This document shows, one piece after another, positions 33,076-35,325 of a DNA stretch of 35,325 nucleotides (position 1 is its first letter; every line of letters begins with the position of its first letter). The notes beneath the pieces are model-generated. The model saw only the letters and a program-made list of their open reading frames with translations. It searched no databases and had not been told where the DNA came from. The DNA is from a virus (Duplodnaviria > Caudoviricetes), in the IMG/VR virus record IMGVR_UViG_3300043394_000263, positions 1 to 35,325 of that record. One strand, given 5' to 3'. Position numbers and translations under genes: made by a program.

Positions 33076-34944
33076 TCAACGCCAACCATTGCCACTCATC
33101 CAGCCGCTTTTCCTGCGTGGTTGAATTTGTGCTTGGTCTTTCTCTATCGGCTTGGTCAACCGCGCGGCAATCGCGCCAATGTCAGGCTTTAGAACATCTA
33201 GCAATGCCAGCCAATAAACGCGCATGTCCAACGCCTCATTACGCGCGCCGTTTGCTTTCTCGTAAATACGCTTCGCAAATCCTTTTGTGTATTTCGTGAC
33301 AACTCGCTCGCACGTAAGCTGTCGAAACCAAGCGTCATCATATCCAAATCCAAGCGGGAAGTGCATATAACGCGCCCCCGGCTCGTCCATCTGAAGCCTC
33401 GAATAAATGACGTCCTTAGCCGCGTCAGTTGCAACGGAGTTGTAAATAAAACCTTCCTGCGTCTGGCGTCTTTGAGTTAATCCCGGCTGAGCAGTTCCAA
33501 CGCCGATAACTGGCAACACCATACATCCCGTGCCGTGTGACCGGGCGAAGTCTTTTACTATTTGCGGCTTGAAATGGAAGTCAATCGCGATTGCTGTTAG
33601 CGGCAACTCAATCCCGTCTGCGCGCTTAAATTTTCTCGTCAACTCATTCCCGAACCGCTTCCAAGTTTCTGGCTTCTCTGTATCGCCATAGGTCTTCACC
33701 ACCTCAACCCCCCAAGATTCATCATCCAACCCAAGTCCGATGATCTCAAGCTCGATTCGATCTTTCTGAACGTCAGCACCGCCGCACACGAACACAATCT
33801 TTTCAGGCAGGCTAACCGGACTGTATTCTTCGCACCTGCCAACAATGTTTTCAGTGTTTATTTTGTCGCCAGATTCTTCCCACGTCTCAGATAAAAATGT
33901 ATTTGTCCAAGTCTTTAATTGTTCTGACCCGCCTTTCTTTGCTTCCAAAAATTCGGTTGCCATTTGATGCAGCCGATTGTTGAAGCCTCGTTTTGCTTTG
34001 AAAGGTGAATAAATTCCGCTGAGGTGATAGCCTCGCTTTCCGCTAAACGGAGCAGTAGCTCGCCATTCTCCTTTCTTAATCGCCGCAACTCTGTCGGAAT
34101 CTTGCCAATCGCATCCGCACTTTTCACAAACATATTTTGCTGTTTCTGGTTTGTCTTTTTCCCACTGAACCTGAGACCATTTTAACGTCTGAAATTCTCC
34201 GCAGCATTTACACGGAATAAACCAGTAACGCTTGTCCGTCTGTTCAAACTCGGATTCAATCCGAGACTTGCCTTTGAATGTTGGCGTTGAAGTCAAAAAT
34301 ACAACCGAGTTCCAAAATGATTCAGTCCGGCGAATTGCGAGAGCAACCGGATCGCCTTCCGTTCCTGCCGATGCCGGGTAACGATCAACTTCGTCTAGCA
34401 ACACCACGCGCCTCGGACGGCCTGCCAAGCCGCTCGGTGCGTTGCTTCCGATGATGGCAAGGTTGCCGCCCGGAAAAGTCTTTAGCTGGATTGTGTTTTC
34501 TGCGGTTCTGCTCTTTTGTTCTGTCACCAATTCTCGCAAGATTGGCGTGTCCCGACATGTCGCCGTGAACCGTTCTTTGCTCCAAGCCTGTGCCATTTCA
34601 ACGGATGGTTGAACCAACAAAATAGGCGACGGTTCAGCGGCGACAAAATAGCCAAGAACGTTTTCAAGCAACGTAGTCTTGGTAGTCTGGCTTGCCCACA
34701 TCAGAGTTACGCTGCGAACAGCTGAATCATTCGCGCAGTCCATCGGCTCGCGGGCGTATGGAACAATTCCAAGCGAGTAGCGACCGGGTTGAGCGGAATA
34801 CTCGCGCGACAAGTAGCGGAAGTTTTCAGCCCACTCGGAAACACTATACCTCGGCGGAGGCGTCACTATCTTTAGAGCCGCCAACCACGCCTTCTCCGCA
34901 AGCCCTAATTTGTTCAATGATTTTTTCTCTGCGTTCAATTTCAA
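33076..34944 (-). CDS. terL: Terminase large subunit, lambda gpA family
   Basis: VSEWAE, ASQTTKT, VVLLDEVDRYP, EGDP, STPT, GADVQKDR, RNEALD. Confidence 0.95.
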   Translation of the reverse strand: MKLNAEKKSLNKLGLAEKAWLAALKIVTPPPRYSVSEWAENFRYLSREYSAQPGRYSLGIVPYAREPMDCANDSAVRSVTLMWASQTTKTTLLENVLGYFVAAEPSPILLVQPSVEMAQAWSKERFTATCRDTPILRELVTEQKSRTAENTIQLKTFPGGNLAIIGSNAPSGLAGRPRRVVLLDEVDRYPASAGTEGDPVALAIRRTESFWNSVVFLTSTPTFKGKSRIESEFEQTDKRYWFIPCKCCGEFQTLKWSQVQWEKDKPETAKYVCEKCGCDWQDSDRVAAIKKGEWRATAPFSGKRGYHLSGIYSPFKAKRGFNNRLHQMATEFLEAKKGGSEQLKTWTNTFLSETWEESGDKINTENIVGRCEEYSPVSLPEKIVFVCGGADVQKDRIELEIIGLGLDDESWGVEVVKTYGDTEKPETWKRFGNELTRKFKRADGIELPLTAIAIDFHFKPQIVKDFARSHGTGCMVLPVIGVGTAQPGLTQRRQTQEGFIYNSVATDAAKDVIYSRLQMDEPGARYMHFPLGFGYDDAWFRQLTCERVVTKYTKGFAKRIYEKANGARNEALDMRVYWLALLDVLKPDIGAIAARLTKPIEKDQAQIQPRRKSGWMSGNGWR

Positions 34945-35272
34945 TGTCGGTTAATCCCATGACATATGCTGTCATAGCTTGAAGCCCACGCTGCATCAAA
35001 TTTACAAGCTCACCCATCGGGACTAGCTCGCCACGCTTTTCTCGCTCGGTCAACTCTAGCAGATTTGCTTCGTGCGTAATCTTTCGCGTCTTCTGCGCGT
35101 CGTAATCGCCAAATAGAGCGACTACAATTTGATTGGTTGCCCACGTGCCGTCTGTGAATGCAGGCGACTGGCCAGCCTGCTTAAAATACTTTGCAAGCGT
35201 GTCTTTGTCGCACCCAAATTCGGACGCGGCCTCATCAAGACCCCAGTGTTTTTGTTTGAATTTTCTTCCCAT
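34844..35272 (-). CDS. terS: Terminase small subunit (Nu1-like)
   Basis: N-terminal HTH-like region, EKRGELVP motif, position upstream of terL. Confidence 0.8.
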   Translation of the reverse strand: MGRKFKQKHWGLDEAASEFGCDKDTLAKYFKQAGQSPAFTDGTWATNQIVVALFGDYDAQKTRKITHEANLLELTEREKRGELVPMGELVNLMQRGLQAMTAYVMGLTDIEIERREKIIEQIRACGEGVVGGSKDSDASAEV

Positions 35273-35286
35273 ATACGGAGATATGG

Positions 35287-35303
35287 TAGGCAATTTTTGC
35301 CTA
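35287..35303. promoter_or_regulatory. Third TAGGCAA-N3-TTGCCTA palindrome
   Basis: TAGGCAATTTTTGCCTA between the terminal repeat and the terS ATG. Confidence 0.6.
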
Positions 35304-35316
35304 GCTACTCGCCTCG

Positions 35317-35325
35317 CGCGTCACC
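35317..35325. repeat. 9-bp terminal direct repeat CGCGTCACC (right copy)
   Basis: Identical to bases 1-9. Confidence 0.7.

Larger units (their letters stand above)
20607..33080. promoter_or_regulatory. Dispersed late-promoter-like motif GTTGAC-RA-N5-TAAAA(N), eight copies
   Basis: - strand copies beginning at 33080, 30973, 29086, 28543, 23950, 23530, 20631; looser + strand copy at 24955. Confidence 0.7.

Noticed and set aside
1-35325. tRNA/rRNA genes or stop-codon reassignment
   Set aside because: No cloverleaf or rRNA-like segment noticed by eye, and core genes are full length in the standard code; tRNAscan-SE would be needed to exclude tRNAs formally

Overview
The window looks like a complete or near-complete ~35.3 kb tailed dsDNA phage genome, mostly on the - strand. 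Its first and last 9 bases are identical (CGCGTCACC) and lie just upstream of the terminase genes. From right to left it carries lambda-like packaging and head genes (terS, gpA-type terL, adaptor, portal, protease-capsid fusion), a + strand TPR-GT9/methyltransferase/GT4 insert, neck and tail genes, lysis-like membrane genes, an accessory region, and recombination/replication genes (Sak4-like ATPase, SSB, resolvase-like nuclease, HNH, primase-helicase, probable origin). The main finding is a phage-borne integron with unusual architecture. An integron integrase (15980-16948) sits beside an attI-like site and six attC-bounded cassettes (12814-15958). A second, identical 18-bp attI-like site elsewhere heads two more cassettes (7724-9006). 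Every cassette gene is antisense to its attC. Many start inside their own attC, and most lack a stop codon and read through the AAC core into the neighbouring site. In six of eight attC sites that frame ends in an RTGA stop/start overlap, so cassettes could be shuffled while staying translationally coupled. Other features are a C5 methyltransferase with motif IX in a nested reading frame and a recurring GTTGAC-N7-TAAAA element before late genes. All calls come from motif recognition by eye; no database search was run.
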